64,000 bases of DNA from Octopus sinensis (lineage: Eukaryota): the NCBI RefSeq assembly GCF_006345805.1, contig NC_043000.1, positions 22,630,001 to 22,694,000 on the forward strand. The letters run 5' to 3'. The translations under genes and the position numbers were made by a program. The notes below the pieces were generated by a model. It did no database searches. It was not told where the DNA came from and worked only from the letters and a program-made list of their open reading frames with translations. Below, piece by piece: positions 51,150 to 64,000 of this stretch (within the stretch, counting starts at the first letter, position 1; each line of letters starts with the position of its first letter).

Positions 51150-51560
51150 CATCATCATCATCATCATCATCATCATCATTTAGTGTCTGTTCTCCATGCT
51201 AGCATGGGTTGGACGGTTCAACTGGGGTCTGTGAAGCTGGAAGGCTTCATCAGGCCCAGTCAGATCTGGCAGTGTTTCTACGGCTGGATGCCCTTCCTAA
51301 CGCCAACCACTCCGTGACTGTAGTGGGTGCTTTTTACGTGCCACCCGCACAGGTGCCAGACAGAGCTGGCAAACGGCCACGAACGGATAGTGCTTTTACG
51401 TGTCACTGGCACGGGGCCAGGCGAGGCTGGCAACGGACACGAACGGATGGTGCTTTTACGTGCCACTAACACGGGGGCCAGACAGAGCTGGCAAACGGCC
51501 ACAAAATGGATGGTGCTTTTACGTGTCACTGGCACGGGGGCCAGGCGAGGCTGGCAACGA
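51150..51560 (-). mobile_element. RTE 3'UTR copy with ~4 internal ~59-bp repeats
   Basis: Tail signature, and ggatggtgcttttacgtg...ggctggcaacgg repeats. Confidence 0.75.
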
Positions 51561-52474
51561 ACACATATATGACATTTGCCCAAAGTGTGATACACTGAGA
51601 CTGAACTCAAAACCTCATGGTTAGGAAACGAACTTCTTAGTTACACAGTCATGACTGCACTGGACGTATGTGAATTTGTCTATATATGTATATTATGATG
51701 TATGTATATTATTTTAAATATTTTAGGTTTATTTTTTATCTTTTGTAAAACCAATCAAAAACAAAATAAAAATTACATGTAATTTGAATTTTCCTTTCAT
51801 CTTTCCTCTTCAACATTAGGAGATGATCTCTCCTCATCATCTGGATCATTAAAATAAATTACTAGTCTAGTACTGTAGTTGATGATACCAACTACTCCTA
51901 CTCCTCAAAATTGCTGATCTTGTACTTAAATCAGAAACTGTTATTTACAGAAGGATGCGAGAACAAATTGGTTAAGGTTTGAACTCTAAACTGCTTGGTT
52001 TAACCCTGTAGCATTCAGATTTCTTTGTCAAACGTATCACTTATTTATTCACATTGTTTTGAATTAATCACACATAATCTTGTAGCTTCAAGATTTCTAT
52101 GGTGTGTTTGTATATTTTTAGAAGGACATTGTAGGGTAGATGTGAGAGGCTGGATTTGGTCAGTTTGAACATAAAACAGGTAGAATATTTGGCTTGGATA
52201 TTACCAGATTAAATGCTGAAGAGTTTATTTAGATTTTGACATCTATTTCTTTCTCTGTAACGGGTTTTAGAATCGAAGCATTTTTTTTTTTTTTTTGTCT
52301 TTTAGTATAAAATTGGTGAAATAAAGAAACTAGGTCTTTGTTTGGTATGGGGTAATATGTGAGATGAGAAATGATAAAGTGAAAGATTGTATGTCCAGGT
52401 TCTTCTGATCCTAAGAGAAAACTGTGATGATAAAATGGATGAAATTTGTTATTAAGATACGACAGAAATGCTCA

Positions 52475-52606
52475 GTAGGATTTTGAAATGAAAAAAGTAG
52501 GATTTTGAAATGAAAAATGTAGGATTTTGAAATGAAAAAAGTAGGATTTTGAAATGAAAAAAGTAGGATTTTGAAATGAAAAATGTAGGATTTTGAAATG
52601 AAAAAT
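52475..52606. repeat. 22-bp minisatellite x6 (gtaggattttgaaatgaaaaaw)
   Basis: Near-perfect tandem copies. Confidence 0.9.
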
Positions 52607-52847
52607 GGCAGGCACATATTAGGCTTCTAATGACAGAAGCCACAGAAAAGATGCTAATAAAAACTAATAGCAACAACAACAACAACTTGATGCTGATTGA
52701 AAATTATTACATTTCTGTTGAATTCACATCAAAGTCCTGAAGACAGGGAATGTTTTGACCGTTTTCTAAGAAGAATGAAAACAAAAGTGCTTTTAAATTA
52801 ATCATGAATTCTTGTTGGACAGCAGAATTGTCTTTTATCTTTTACTT

Positions 52848-53488
52848 CTTTCAGGCATTGGATTGGGACCATGCTGGGGCACTATCTTAAAGGCTTTTAG
52901 TTGAATAAATTGACCCCAGTATCTAGGGTTTTTAAAAAAAAATTTTGTGGTGGTGTTGGGTTTATTTTAAGTCTGGTACTTATTCTGTTGATCCCTTTTG
53001 CTGAACTAAGTTGTAGGGAGATAAACAAACCAACACTGGTTGTCAAGCAGTGGGTGGAGGTGACAAGCACAGACACAAAGACACACACACATATGCATTG
53101 TATATGATGGGCTTTCACACAGTTTCCATCTACCAAATTCACTCACAATGTGTTGGTCAGCTTGGGGCTATTATAATAGAAGACACTTGCCCAAGGTGCT
53201 GTGTGTTTGGACTTAACCTGGAACCATGTTGTTGCAAAGCAAGCTTCTTAACCACACAGCCATGCCTGCACCACACAGCCATGCCTGCACCCTACAGCCA
53301 TGCCTGCACCCCACAGCCATACCTGCACCCCACAGCCATGCCAGCACCCAACAGCCATGCCAGTACCCCACAGCCATGTAGGCACCACACGGCCATGCCA
53401 GCACCCCACAGCCATGCCTGCACCACACAGCCATGCCTGCACCACACTGCTATACCTGATTCTTAACCACACAACACATACCTGCACC
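52848..53488 (-). mobile_element. SINE family C copy with a tandemly amplified 5' head
   Basis: The family C body is followed by ~11 copies of 19-bp accacacagccatgcctgc at 53251-53460. Confidence 0.75.
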
Positions 53489-54445
53489 TGAAATTATGCA
53501 ATTCTTTTATTGTTGTATAGCACCAGTTTTTGTTACATGTAGTTAACCATGAAGGTCAGAAGTCACTAATTTCTGAAGTATAGTCTACAAGGCCAACACA
53601 AACTTGTATATATAATCTGAAGACAACAGGCTATACTACAGTATAATACAACATAGATTTGGTTACCTGAAATATTCCAAATACATGTAGTCAGAAGGAA
53701 CTCTACAAGGTACCTAGTTAAATATTTATATTTGGTGCAGATGTTTTCCAGATGGATTCCTCTCAATGTGTGAATACATTTAAGCAATTTAGATTCAGTT
53801 TTAGAACTGTTCATTTTGAATACATTTTCTTTCATTTCTTTCTGAGTTTCTAGCTTGTTCTTGCTTTTCCATTTAGCTCCATCTCCTCATACTGGCTTCT
53901 TCAGTTTCATGTAAACGTTATTTTTAATGCATAGCCCAGTCAACCTCAACACGTGTAATCCATAAAAAAACGTTGCTAGCAACTGAACCAGTTCTAAGTT
54001 ATTATTTCTCTCCTCTTGTTTTCCCTTTTTACTTTTTCTCTCTATTTCTCCCCCCCTCTCTCCCTCTCTCTCTATATATATCTCTCTCTCCACTCTTTCC
54101 CATTCTATTTCTGTTCAAGTCTATGTTCCTCAATTTTTTGGAACATGTTTTAATTTTCTCTTTATGTTTTTTTTGTGTTAGTTTTCCTTTTCCTTTCTCT
54201 TTAACTGCTGTCACTCTTTTCAGTTTTTCTTAATTTTTTTTCTTTACTTCTTTTTCTTCTTTTATATCTTCTTCACATTCTTTCCCTCCCCCAACTCCTG
54301 ATCCCTTCTATAATCCAAGCCATAATCCTAATATTATGTTGAGGCAATAATTAAAAATTTTTTTTGTTATTTTTTACAGCATTTGCATTTTCCAATTTAT
54401 TTGAAAAAAAAAAAATTAATTTTATTTTGTTTATTGCTGTTTTAG

Positions 54446-54843
54446 GAGAAGTTCAAAACGGCCGGATAAATTCATCTTCGCAGACTACCTTTGGGGAGGA
54501 TGCCGAACCCAGAGTGCACATTATTTTGCAAGGTATGAATGGAGGGGCTGAGGCAGGCCCTCACTCAGAACTTGATTACCCACCTCCATCATACGAAGAA
54601 GCTATATCAATGCCCAGTCAGTTACCCTCCAGAAATCAAAAAAATACTCCCACAGCTAAGACAAGAAATGCAACAGAAAGAGCACTAGCAGAAGAAGTGG
54701 AAGAAGCAGAAGAGGAGGAAGAGGCATCATCATCATCTACAGCAGCAACTAATTCAACAGCAGCAACAGCAACAACCACAGCAACATCGACAGAAGCACA
54801 GCTGTTGCCTCCAAATCTGTCTCACAGTTTGTTTGATAGCTAA
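54446..54843 (+). CDS. Terminal coding exon: cytoplasmic tail with PPxY motif (DYPPPSYEEA), acidic and Ala/Thr/Ser-rich tracts
   Basis: Acceptor ttgctgttttag|GA is phase 1, matching the donor at 25696. Open frame of about 132 codons to TAA at 54841-54843. PPPSY fits a WW-domain (Nedd4-family) binding motif. Confidence 0.8.
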
Positions 54844-55944
54844 CTACCACACTCTGAACACTGTTAAACTGCTGAGAGCAGGATGGGAACATTGCCTTCA
54901 AGACAAACTACTCTTAACTCTCCAAAATGTGCCAAGTCTTTCAAATACGTCATTGATATTTTAAAATATCCTGGCCTTTTGACCTATAGAAATTTAAGCT
55001 TCACTCTCAACTCTATCCAAAGAAAAATTTTTTTTTGGAAATTCATTTCAACAATTCTGTCTTCTTTCTCCTTCTTCTGTCATTCAACATGCACAAATTC
55101 TGTACACACACACACACATGCACATGCACACACATACACACATGCATGTGCATCGTGCATGCACACACGTGCATGTACGTGCACATGCAAGAACATTGAG
55201 TATCTGGAAATCCTGACAAACACAAATACAAGTGACATGTATACACGTACATAATTTATTTTTATATTTGTTTTTCTTTGGCTCTCAAATTTCTTTAAAA
55301 ACAAACAGAAAAAAAAAGCAATCATCAAAGAAAAGGAAATATATATTATTTACAAGATTTATGGGGTCACTAGGAGGCCCTTATCAACACTGGACCAATA
55401 CTATTTTCTTTTTCTTTCCCAATATTTTTCTTACATTTCTTTAATGTATATAAACAACATCAGACTATAATTATAGCTTTGACATACCATAAAAACAAAA
55501 GAAACAGACAAAAATAACATGGTGTTTTCTAAACTGGTCTGTTGGTCACGTGAAATGTAGTATGCACTTTCTCTTTGGTCAGGTGATAATATGTGTCATA
55601 CGCTTAGTGTATCATCTACTTCTGTTGTTGGTGTATCAAATTTTTCTCAACCACCTCTGTCTCACTTTCAGCAACAACATTTGTCATTTCTCTCTATTTC
55701 TCTCTCTCTCTCTGTCTATCTGGTTCTTGCTTTCTCTCGCCGCACTTCATCTATCTAATTCTCTTGCTGTAGTTGGGAAACCCCTCCTTATTTTGCCTCA
55801 CTCTCTTATGTTCAGTTCCTGAATACACACACACACACATCTGATTTTATATTGTGTGTGTGTGTGTGTGTAATATGTGATTATATAAATATGTAGTTAT
55901 CTATATTAAGTGTGTGTTCCCTTAACCTTCATAGCTGAAATAAG

Positions 55945-55994
<50 letters not shown>

Positions 55995-56167
55995 AATAAT
56001 AATATTAGGGAGTATGGCTCCAAACTTACAGGGAAAAATTAGATTTAGTATTAAATCAAATTTCACAGTATGAATATATAAAATATGAATTAGAGATAAA
56101 ACCACTATATATTATGTCTATCACTGTTTGATTTGCCTAATAGTGGTTTTATCTCTAATTCATATTT

Positions 56168-56238
<71 letters not shown>

Positions 56239-56793
56239 TTATGTGTGTACCTGTGTATGCATATGTGTAATATACACACGTGTTGTATGTATATGTGTGT
56301 ATACACACACACACACACACACACACACATTTATATAGATATGTAATGTATGAAGCTGAGGATTCACTCCATCTAAACTTAAAGCTTCTTGCACGTTACA
56401 ATCCTTGAAGAGATGACACCAACAAGTAATTTATATTGAAGCTTGGAGGATTGCATCAAATGGTAAACTCCAGATAGAAGCAGAGTGAATCACCAGCTTT
56501 CTACATCTACTCTATCACTGACATTGAGTACTCTTTCTCTCTTTTATTAAACAAAAACATGTATATCTAACCATCAAGCTACCTATCTGTTTACTTTGTC
56601 TTTTCCCTCTCTCTCTGCTTCTCTGTATGTCTCAGTCTGTCTGTCAAGTTATATATATATATAATTATATTAAATTAGAGATAAAACCACTATTAGGCAA
56701 ATCATACAATGAAAATCTTAAGCCAATACATAAGATTAATTAATTTATATTATTTAAATATATATCAAAATTATTAAAAAAGATAATTAGTAT

Positions 56794-56860
56794 AACACTA
56801 CGATCGTTTCATGGCTGTCCAATTCTTAAAATTTCGAGTTACAGTCATTCTTCAGGTGGT
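56794..56860 (-). ncRNA. Type I hammerhead ribozyme with intact core in a Penelope-like repeat
   Basis: accac-CTGAAGA-ATGaCTGT-loop-ACAGcCAT-GAAACGATCGT-A-gtgtt. All core bases are present, helix III is the palindrome ACGATCGT, and the cleavage triplet is GUA. Confidence 0.65.
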
Positions 56861-56902
56861 TTAAATATTTAACTTGGCAAGGTAAAAGACAAGTAAAAAA
56901 CA

Positions 56903-57095
56903 TAATTATAATTAGGGTTCAGCAAAAATTTGCTTCACCACATACTGAAATTTAGAAATAGCAGTTAAAACTAACTATTTCACTACCATGTCTCGGATTT
57001 TTCTTATGATAGTGAAATAGTTGATTTTAACTGCTATTTCTAAATTTCGGTATGTGGTGAAACAAATTTTTGATGAACCCTAATTATAATTATAC
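56903..57095. repeat. Fold-back element (~85-bp arms) adjoining the hammerhead repeat
   Basis: taattataattagggttca... / ...tgaaccctaattataatta. Confidence 0.85.
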
Positions 57096-57614
57096 TCATA
57101 ATTATAAAATTTTTGTTTATATATATATATTGTCCTTAACTTTGAAACACGAAGTAGATGAAACAGGGACAACTGATGAAGGGGAATATTCTTTATGTTG
57201 CATGTCTCGTTTCTTGTTTATTTTTTTCGTTGTTCAAAAAAATAGTTTGTTTTCTATGTTTTTGTTTTTATGTTTTCATTTCTCATTATGTTCAACATTT
57301 TTTGATGTCCTGTACCCATTTATGCATGTATATATACATATATACGTATGTATATATGCATATATTTATATATTATATATACATACATACATATATGTAT
57401 TTAATGAGACAGACATCCATAAATTATTGGGTTACAGAGTTACATAAGTGATTCAAGAATTGTGGGCTTCATGCATTACATTTATCTTACTAGTCAGAGT
57501 TTGATAAAGGCAATGCACAAACCTTTCGTCTCTTGGCTCACTTATGTAACTGTACCGCTGAATAAAATATATTCTTATGTATTAAGTTGTCTTTCTCCGG
57601 TTTGTTCCACCAAA

Positions 57615-57835
57615 TATATATGAATCAAGTATATAGTACTATAGATCCATTTCAGCCAATTTTACTGGGTACTAGATAACAGCATGGTTAACCATCGCTA
57701 TATGCTCTTCAGAGCACGTTGTTGTCGGTTAACCATGCTGTTATCTAATATCTGGTAGTCTAATACCCAGTGTGAAACTAATTGGTGACATTGGTTGAAA
57801 TAGATCTATAATACTGTATACTTTGATTAACATAC
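57615..57835. repeat. Imperfect fold-back element
   Basis: tagataacagcatggttaacc / ggttaaccatgctgttatcta inner arms, with outer arms also pairing. Confidence 0.75.
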
Positions 57836-57912
57836 CCTCTGTATTCACAAACATAGGAGTGCATATTTTTTTCTGATATATGGTTTCTTAGACAGCTCTC
57901 TCTTTCTCTCTC

Positions 57913-58018
<106 letters not shown>

Positions 58019-58612
58019 TTGCAAATATTTCACATCATGACTTGTCATTTTTTTCCTTTCAGTGTTAATTATAAATCTGTGTATGAAGATTCATTGATCA
58101 GGATTATAAGCCAAACTTAATCCTTAATTTCTTATATCTGGTTCTTTGCCTGTCTAACCTTTGTCTCTGTGAGCTGCTGTGACAGATAAGTTATTCGCTT
58201 AATAGCCAATAACATTGCTCAAATCCATTTACTCCGGATCTCCATTTGTCATAATAATTTAATTATTATCCTTTACTGAAGATAATTTCATGGATACAAT
58301 GAGTTCTCCGAATGCGAACATTTAAAAAGCACCATGATGCTCCCTACTTTATACATTGAACAAGATAAAAAAAAAAAAGAAAAAGAAAATTTCATTTTCA
58401 AAATTTCATTCAATATTGCCAAGAACAATGTAAAAAAAACCCAAAAAACAATGATGAAAAATGAAATATTTTCCTGATGCATTTCTAATAAATAAAAAGA
58501 AAAAGAAAATTTTAAAACTTTCCTTTTCAACAAAAAAAAAACTTGAGAAAAATTTAAAAGTTCATTTTGATATTTAAAATATATACAAAATCTTTTACTA
58601 GTTTGTTAACAC

Positions 58613-58655
<43 letters not shown>

Positions 58656-59101
58656 TGTATTTTTCTTTATTTTGTAGACAAGATGAAACTACGGAAATTG
58701 TATTTTTTTTTTTGTCAATGTCTGTAAATTTCAAGCCCTGTGTTTTCTTTATTTTTTTTTTAATATGTTTTTGATGAAATATAAAGTAAATTTCCTGTGA
58801 TTTCTGCTGCTATTTCATTGATATAGACAATAATTTTTTCGTTTGTGTATATGTGTGTATGTTTCTTTTGTTAAACGAATGATATGTTATTTTATCTTAA
58901 TTTATAGCCACTTCAGTTTGAAATTAACCCTCCTCTCCTCCTCCTTCCGTGATTTCCAATATTTTTGTTGCATCACACACCCAATGCACAATCGCATACA
59001 TGCACACTACACATAGCCACACACATGTGCATACATATAATGTGCTTGTATATATATATGTATGTGCAAATATGTATGTGTATATATATATATATATACA
59101 T

Positions 59102-59149
<48 letters not shown>

Positions 59150-59217
59150 ACAGAGAGAGTTCAGATATTCATGCATACATACATATACAATGTGCAGGCA
59201 TATATACATACATAATG

Positions 59218-59259
<42 letters not shown>

Positions 59260-59287
59260 GCAATAATAATAATGTGTGCATTATTAG

Positions 59288-59640
59288 GTGCAGGAGTGGC
59301 TCTGTGGTAAGTAACTTGCTTACCAACCACATGGTTCTGGGTTCGCTCCCACAGCATGGCACCTTGGGTAAATGTCTTCTACTGTAGCCTTGGGGCAACT
59401 AAAGCCTTGTGAGTGGATTTGGTAGATTGAGAGAAGCCCGTCATATATGTATATGTTTGTGTGTGTGTTTGTTCCCCCTCAATCGCTTGACAACTGTGTT
59501 TACATCCCCGTAACTTAGCAGTTTGGCAAAAGACCGATAGGATAAGTACTAGGCTTACGAAGAATAAGTCCTGGGGTCAATTTGTTTGACTAAAGGCGGT
59601 GCTCCAGCATGGCTGCAGTCAAATGCCTGAAACAAGTAAA
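59288..59640 (+). mobile_element. SINE family C, full length (internal TA/TG microsatellite)
   Basis: Head gcaggagtggctctgtggtaag...ggttc and tail ggtgctccagcatggctgcagtcaaatg. Partial copies at 5660-5795, 6389-6540, 9255-9480, 19678-20030 and 22975-23150. Confidence 0.75.
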
Positions 59641-60368
59641 ATAATATATATATGTATTATAATAATGTGTGCATACATTTATGTTGTATATACACATATG
59701 CATACATATATATTGTATATAATGTGCATATGCATACATATAATCACACACATATACAAGGAGTATACACTATCAGTCTTGACTCCTCCTTCTCCCTCTC
59801 TCTCGAATCATTTTTAATCTTGTGTTAGAGCAGTAATTGATACCAACATAGTACAGCCACCAATGAGTGTCTCAATGTGAGTTAGTCTTGCTCTGCTCTT
59901 CTTTACGAGGGGCAAGGCCAATTTAGTGCCAGGCTCAAGGTTCGGCACATAGTGCACTACCCTCATTGGGAGACTTATATGTATGTGTGTGTGTGTATGT
60001 GTGTTGTCATGATATTGAAGCAGTGTTTCCAGCATATGTATATATAAATTAATGAATGACAATGGAACAGGGTAATGTAATCACCTTTAGGTTACAGGTG
60101 TTTCTACTATAATATGCAGGTCACTCAGAGTTGAGCTCTTATTTAGCTCTGAAGAAGCTGTGGGATGTTGTACAAGCAGTCAGTTATGAATGCAATACTT
60201 CTTATAACAGAAACGCCTGTAAGCTAATGATCTTGGTTATGTGACTCCTGTTCCTTTGTAATTCATTAATTAATATCATGTTTTGTACCTGCCTAATGCT
60301 TTACTACACATCCATATTGAGTTTTAACAACTGGTTCTTACTATCGCTGTGTGTAAATGACATATATA

Positions 60369-60676
60369 CAGTGGTAGACTGGGTCTAAAAGTATTGGTTG
60401 CCAGGAGACTAAGGGAGCCCACTCCCTTAGGCGCACTCACAACTACAAGGGAGACCCACCCGCAACTACAATGTTATCATTTAATTTTTTTTTTTTTTTG
60501 AAAGTATTCTTTTCAACTGTCTGCAAAAACAGCCAGGCTGAAATAATTAATGCTTTCTTCCAGGAGTGAATAAAAAATTCTCAAACTTGAGGGGATGGGC
60601 CCCCATATACGGATTCTAATGGCACAGGGGCCCACTTGCCATCAGGCAAGCTGGCAACCTGGCCAGTCCACAACTG
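60369..60676. mobile_element. Putative MITE with imperfect 14-bp TIRs
   Basis: CAGTGGTAGACTGG / CCAGTCCACAACTG, flanked by TA. Confidence 0.45.
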
Positions 60677-60705
60677 TATACATATATATATATATGTATG
60701 TTTGT

Positions 60706-60744
<39 letters not shown>

Positions 60745-61187
60745 AGAGAGAGAGAGAGTGAGTGTATGTGAGAGTGTGTTGTCATATTGAAGCAGTGTTT
60801 CTAGCATGTGTATATATATAAATTAATGAACAACAACGGAACAAGGCAATGTAATCAACTTCATTAGCTCGTGTGTACAAAATTATTCATATAAACATAT
60901 ATAAAATCATTATTTGCTTCTATTTACACTTGTTTAAATTCATTTTCCCTTTTGAATACTCGATATAATTTCTGTGAAAGCTGTAAGATGGGCAACAAAA
61001 AATTATGTTTGTTCACCCTATTTTGAGTCAAGAGATTTGATTCCCTTTCATAAATTTTTGCTAACAGACTATCTTTATTTAATTGATTTGATATTGCTGA
61101 CATTTTAATTTTCAGGTGTACATTATATATAATGTATTATATATATAATATATATATATATAATATATATAATATATATATTATATA

Positions 61188-61228
<41 letters not shown>

Positions 61229-62004
61229 TATAATATATATATATATATGTATATATATACATGCACAGAAACACACGTATACATGTGTGTATATATTTAT
61301 TATAAAAATAGTAAATAGATATGACTACTTTCTTAGGAATTTAATTTTCTTGCTCAATAGAGCATTGCTCTGTTCGATGAGATGTGGATGGAGATTGTCT
61401 CTCAGATCACATCTACAAGAGGTATACTCTGTTTAGCATGAAACTTAAAGTCAAGGAAGATTAATCATATTTATCTACTGTATCATAATAAATATAGTCG
61501 CTAAACACAATATATTGAGTACTTTTTGTTTTTGCTTCTGAAACAAGTTAGAAATTACTCTGTATGTGTGTATGCACATTCATGTATAGTGACATAGTGG
61601 CAGCCAAAAGTTAAAACCATTGAGCAGATGTTTTAACGTTTTTTTTTTTTTAATTTTCAAATAAAATTGATAATCAATAATCAATAAATATTAATTTTCT
61701 TATATTACTATAAACAAGCGCTCAAAATAGATGATAAAGACTTGTTTGATAATATCTTTATCGAAAAATATTTTCACAAAAGTCTTCCTTGGTTTTAAAT
61801 TTCACCACTCTATAAACTCTGGACACATAAATAAAGAACTGCAAAATTTGTTCAAATTTATGAGTCCATAATATTTTCCATAGTTTTAGACTGGTCAGGA
61901 TGCTATAGATGGGAAAGCATGAGAGGCTGGCACACATTGCTCAGTGACACTCCCATTCAGTTTCTATCAGTTTAGCTGTCTGTAAACAGTTGTAACCAGG
62001 CACG

Positions 62005-62630
62005 TCATCATCATCATCATGATCGCTTAATGTCTGTTTTTCATGCTGGCATGGGTTGGTTGGTTTGGCTGAGGACTGGCAAGCCAGGAGGCTGCACCAG
62101 GCTCCAGTCTGATCTGGCAATGTTTTTTACAGCTGGATGCCCTTCCTAATGCCAACCACTCCGAGAGTCTAGTGGGTGCTTTTTATTTGTCACCGGCACA
62201 GGAGCCAGTCAGGCGGTACTGGCATCGGCCATGTTCGGATGGTGCTTTTTTATGTGCTACCAGCACTGGAACCAGTTGGGGCGGGGAGGGGGAGAGCTGG
62301 CATTGACCCCGTTTGGATGGTGTTTTTACATTCCACTGGCACGGGGAGCCAGTCAGGTGGCACTGGCAATGGCCCATACATGAATGGGGATTATTGCATG
62401 TCACCAGCATGGGAGCCAGTCAGGTGGCACTGGCAATGACCCATGCATGAATGGTGCTTGTGGCGTGCCACTAGCACGGGAGCCAGTCAGGCGGAACTGG
62501 CATTGACCACAACTACAATTTCCATTTGATCTGATTTGATTTTGACTTTGATTGCCTCAACAGGTCTCCTCAAGCATGGCATGTCCGACGATTTAAAGGT
62601 ACTTTTTAAATGGGCTGGTTATGTGACAGG
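62005..62630 (-). mobile_element. RTE 3'UTR copy
   Basis: Tail signature, internal repeats and the ttgcctcaacaggtctcc motif. Confidence 0.75.
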
Positions 62631-62642
62631 CAATTGGTGATG

Positions 62643-62773
62643 TTTATGTAGTAAAATGCAATAAAAAAAATAAGTGAAACACAGGTGTGCGACTAAGTTG
62701 AAGGTAGATTTACTTCAACTTAGTCACACACTTGTGTTTCACTTATTTTTTTTATTGCGTTTTACTACATAAA
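62643..62773. repeat. Fold-back element (~60-bp arms)
   Basis: tttatgtagtaaaatgcaat...gactaagttgaag / cttcaacttagtc...attgcgttttactacataaa. Confidence 0.85.
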
Positions 62774-63277
62774 TAACTGTGGTTATTTAGTGATTGGTGT
62801 TTTCCACAGGGACACTGCTTTTGCATTTGTATTACAGTCATTCTTCCTGTGTGAATTTTGCTGCCACTTTCGCATAGACTGGTGGCTGCTATATAAATAA
62901 CAGACTCATGAAAATGTCTTCAAGAAGACTGGTTTAGTCACAGGCTGTAGATTTACTTCTGCCTTTATAACATGTAAAGAAAACTTTGTTGGAATGTATG
63001 CAGCACGTGTACTACAGCAAGCAGTATCATGTGTAGTTTTAATACTGAGATTGAAAAGCAGGAGTGAATTATGCCTACCTAATCTACAAAAAAATAAAAT
63101 ATTTTGCATTTTGTGCATAATAATCAGAGTAACCTTCATAATTTTATTGTATATTTTGCCATAAAAGGAAAATGCTACTATCAATCTATTTTATTCAGGG
63201 TAGGCACTGCCCACCATGCCTACCCAGGTTGCACATCCCTGGTTGTAACTGATTGTATGTGTTTGTTACTCTTTACT

Positions 63278-63685
63278 CTCTCTCTCTTTTACTTGTTTCA
63301 GTCATGTGACTGTGGCCATGCTGGAGCACCGCGTTTAGTCGAGCAAATCAACCCCAGGACTTATTCTTTGTAAGCCTAGTACTTATTCTATCAGTCCCTT
63401 TTGCCGAACCGCTAAGTTACGGGGATGTAAACACACCACCATCGGTTGTCAAGCGATGTTGGGGGACAAACACAGACACACAAACATATACACATGCATA
63501 CATACATATATATATACATATATACGATGGGCTTCTTTCAGTTTCCGTCTACCAAATCCACTCACAAGGCTTTAGTTGGCCTGAGGCTATTGTAGAAGAC
63601 ACTTGCCCAAAGTGCCATCCAGTGGGACTGAACCCGGAACCATGTAGTTTGTAAGCAAGCTACTTACCACACAGCCACTCCTATG
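63278..63685 (-). mobile_element. SINE family C, full length
   Basis: Reverse complement of 59288-59640. Confidence 0.8.
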
Positions 63686-64000
63686 CCTATGTTGTATATG
63701 TTTTGATATTAACTGTGGTTATTTAGTGATTGGTGTTTGCCACAGGGACACTGCTTTTGCATTTGTATTACAGTCATTCTTCCTGTGTGAATTTTGCTGC
63801 CACTTTCGCATAGACTGGTGGCTGCTATAGAAATAACAGACTCATGAAAATGTCCTCAAGAAGACTGGTTTAGTCACAGGCTGTCAGATTCTAATCACTA
63901 AATGACTGCAGTTGACCATGAAGTAGTGTCTAGACATCTGCAGGAGGCTTAGACACCTGATATCAGCCATTCCCATTACAATGGGATACAGCCATAATCC

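Noticed and set aside
57170-57215. CTGATGA motif as a hammerhead
   Set aside because: No properly placed GAAA or supporting helices were found.
57695-57725. CTGAAGA on the minus strand in a hairpin loop as a hammerhead
   Set aside because: It lacks the GAAAC half of the core.
62774-63884. LTR retrotransposon
   Set aside because: No TG...CA termini, PBS, PPT or coding remnant.

Overview
AT-rich, microsatellite-dense eukaryotic DNA. The repeat families suggest an octopod cephalopod; this is an inference. The window holds the 3' part of one + strand gene for a single-pass membrane protein: a CUB-like ectodomain, a transmembrane helix, and a cytoplasmic tail with a PPxY motif. Its exons lie at about 8-74, 24001-24134, 25451-25696 and 54446-54843, separated by very long introns. 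Nearly everything else is mobile DNA. This includes a young RTE LINE fragment with a PHD finger inside its RT, two hierarchical tandem arrays built from the RTE 3'UTR, and many 5'-truncated RTE tails. There are also CR1 and R4/Dong fragments, at least three tRNA-headed SINE families, TTAA-flanked and hAT MITEs, fold-back elements, and Penelope-type hammerhead ribozyme motifs. The most unusual items are: (1) a TSD-flanked palindromic element whose two arms each join a tRNA-like head to a hammerhead motif; (2) an unspliced pre-tRNA-Leu fused at its oligo(U) end to an RTE tail, resembling a proto-SINE; (3) the RTE-3'UTR macrosatellites with an inversion junction; (4) a MITE dimer that moved as a unit. 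No prokaryotic features or CRISPR are present. All coordinates were read by eye, and repeat boundaries are approximate.
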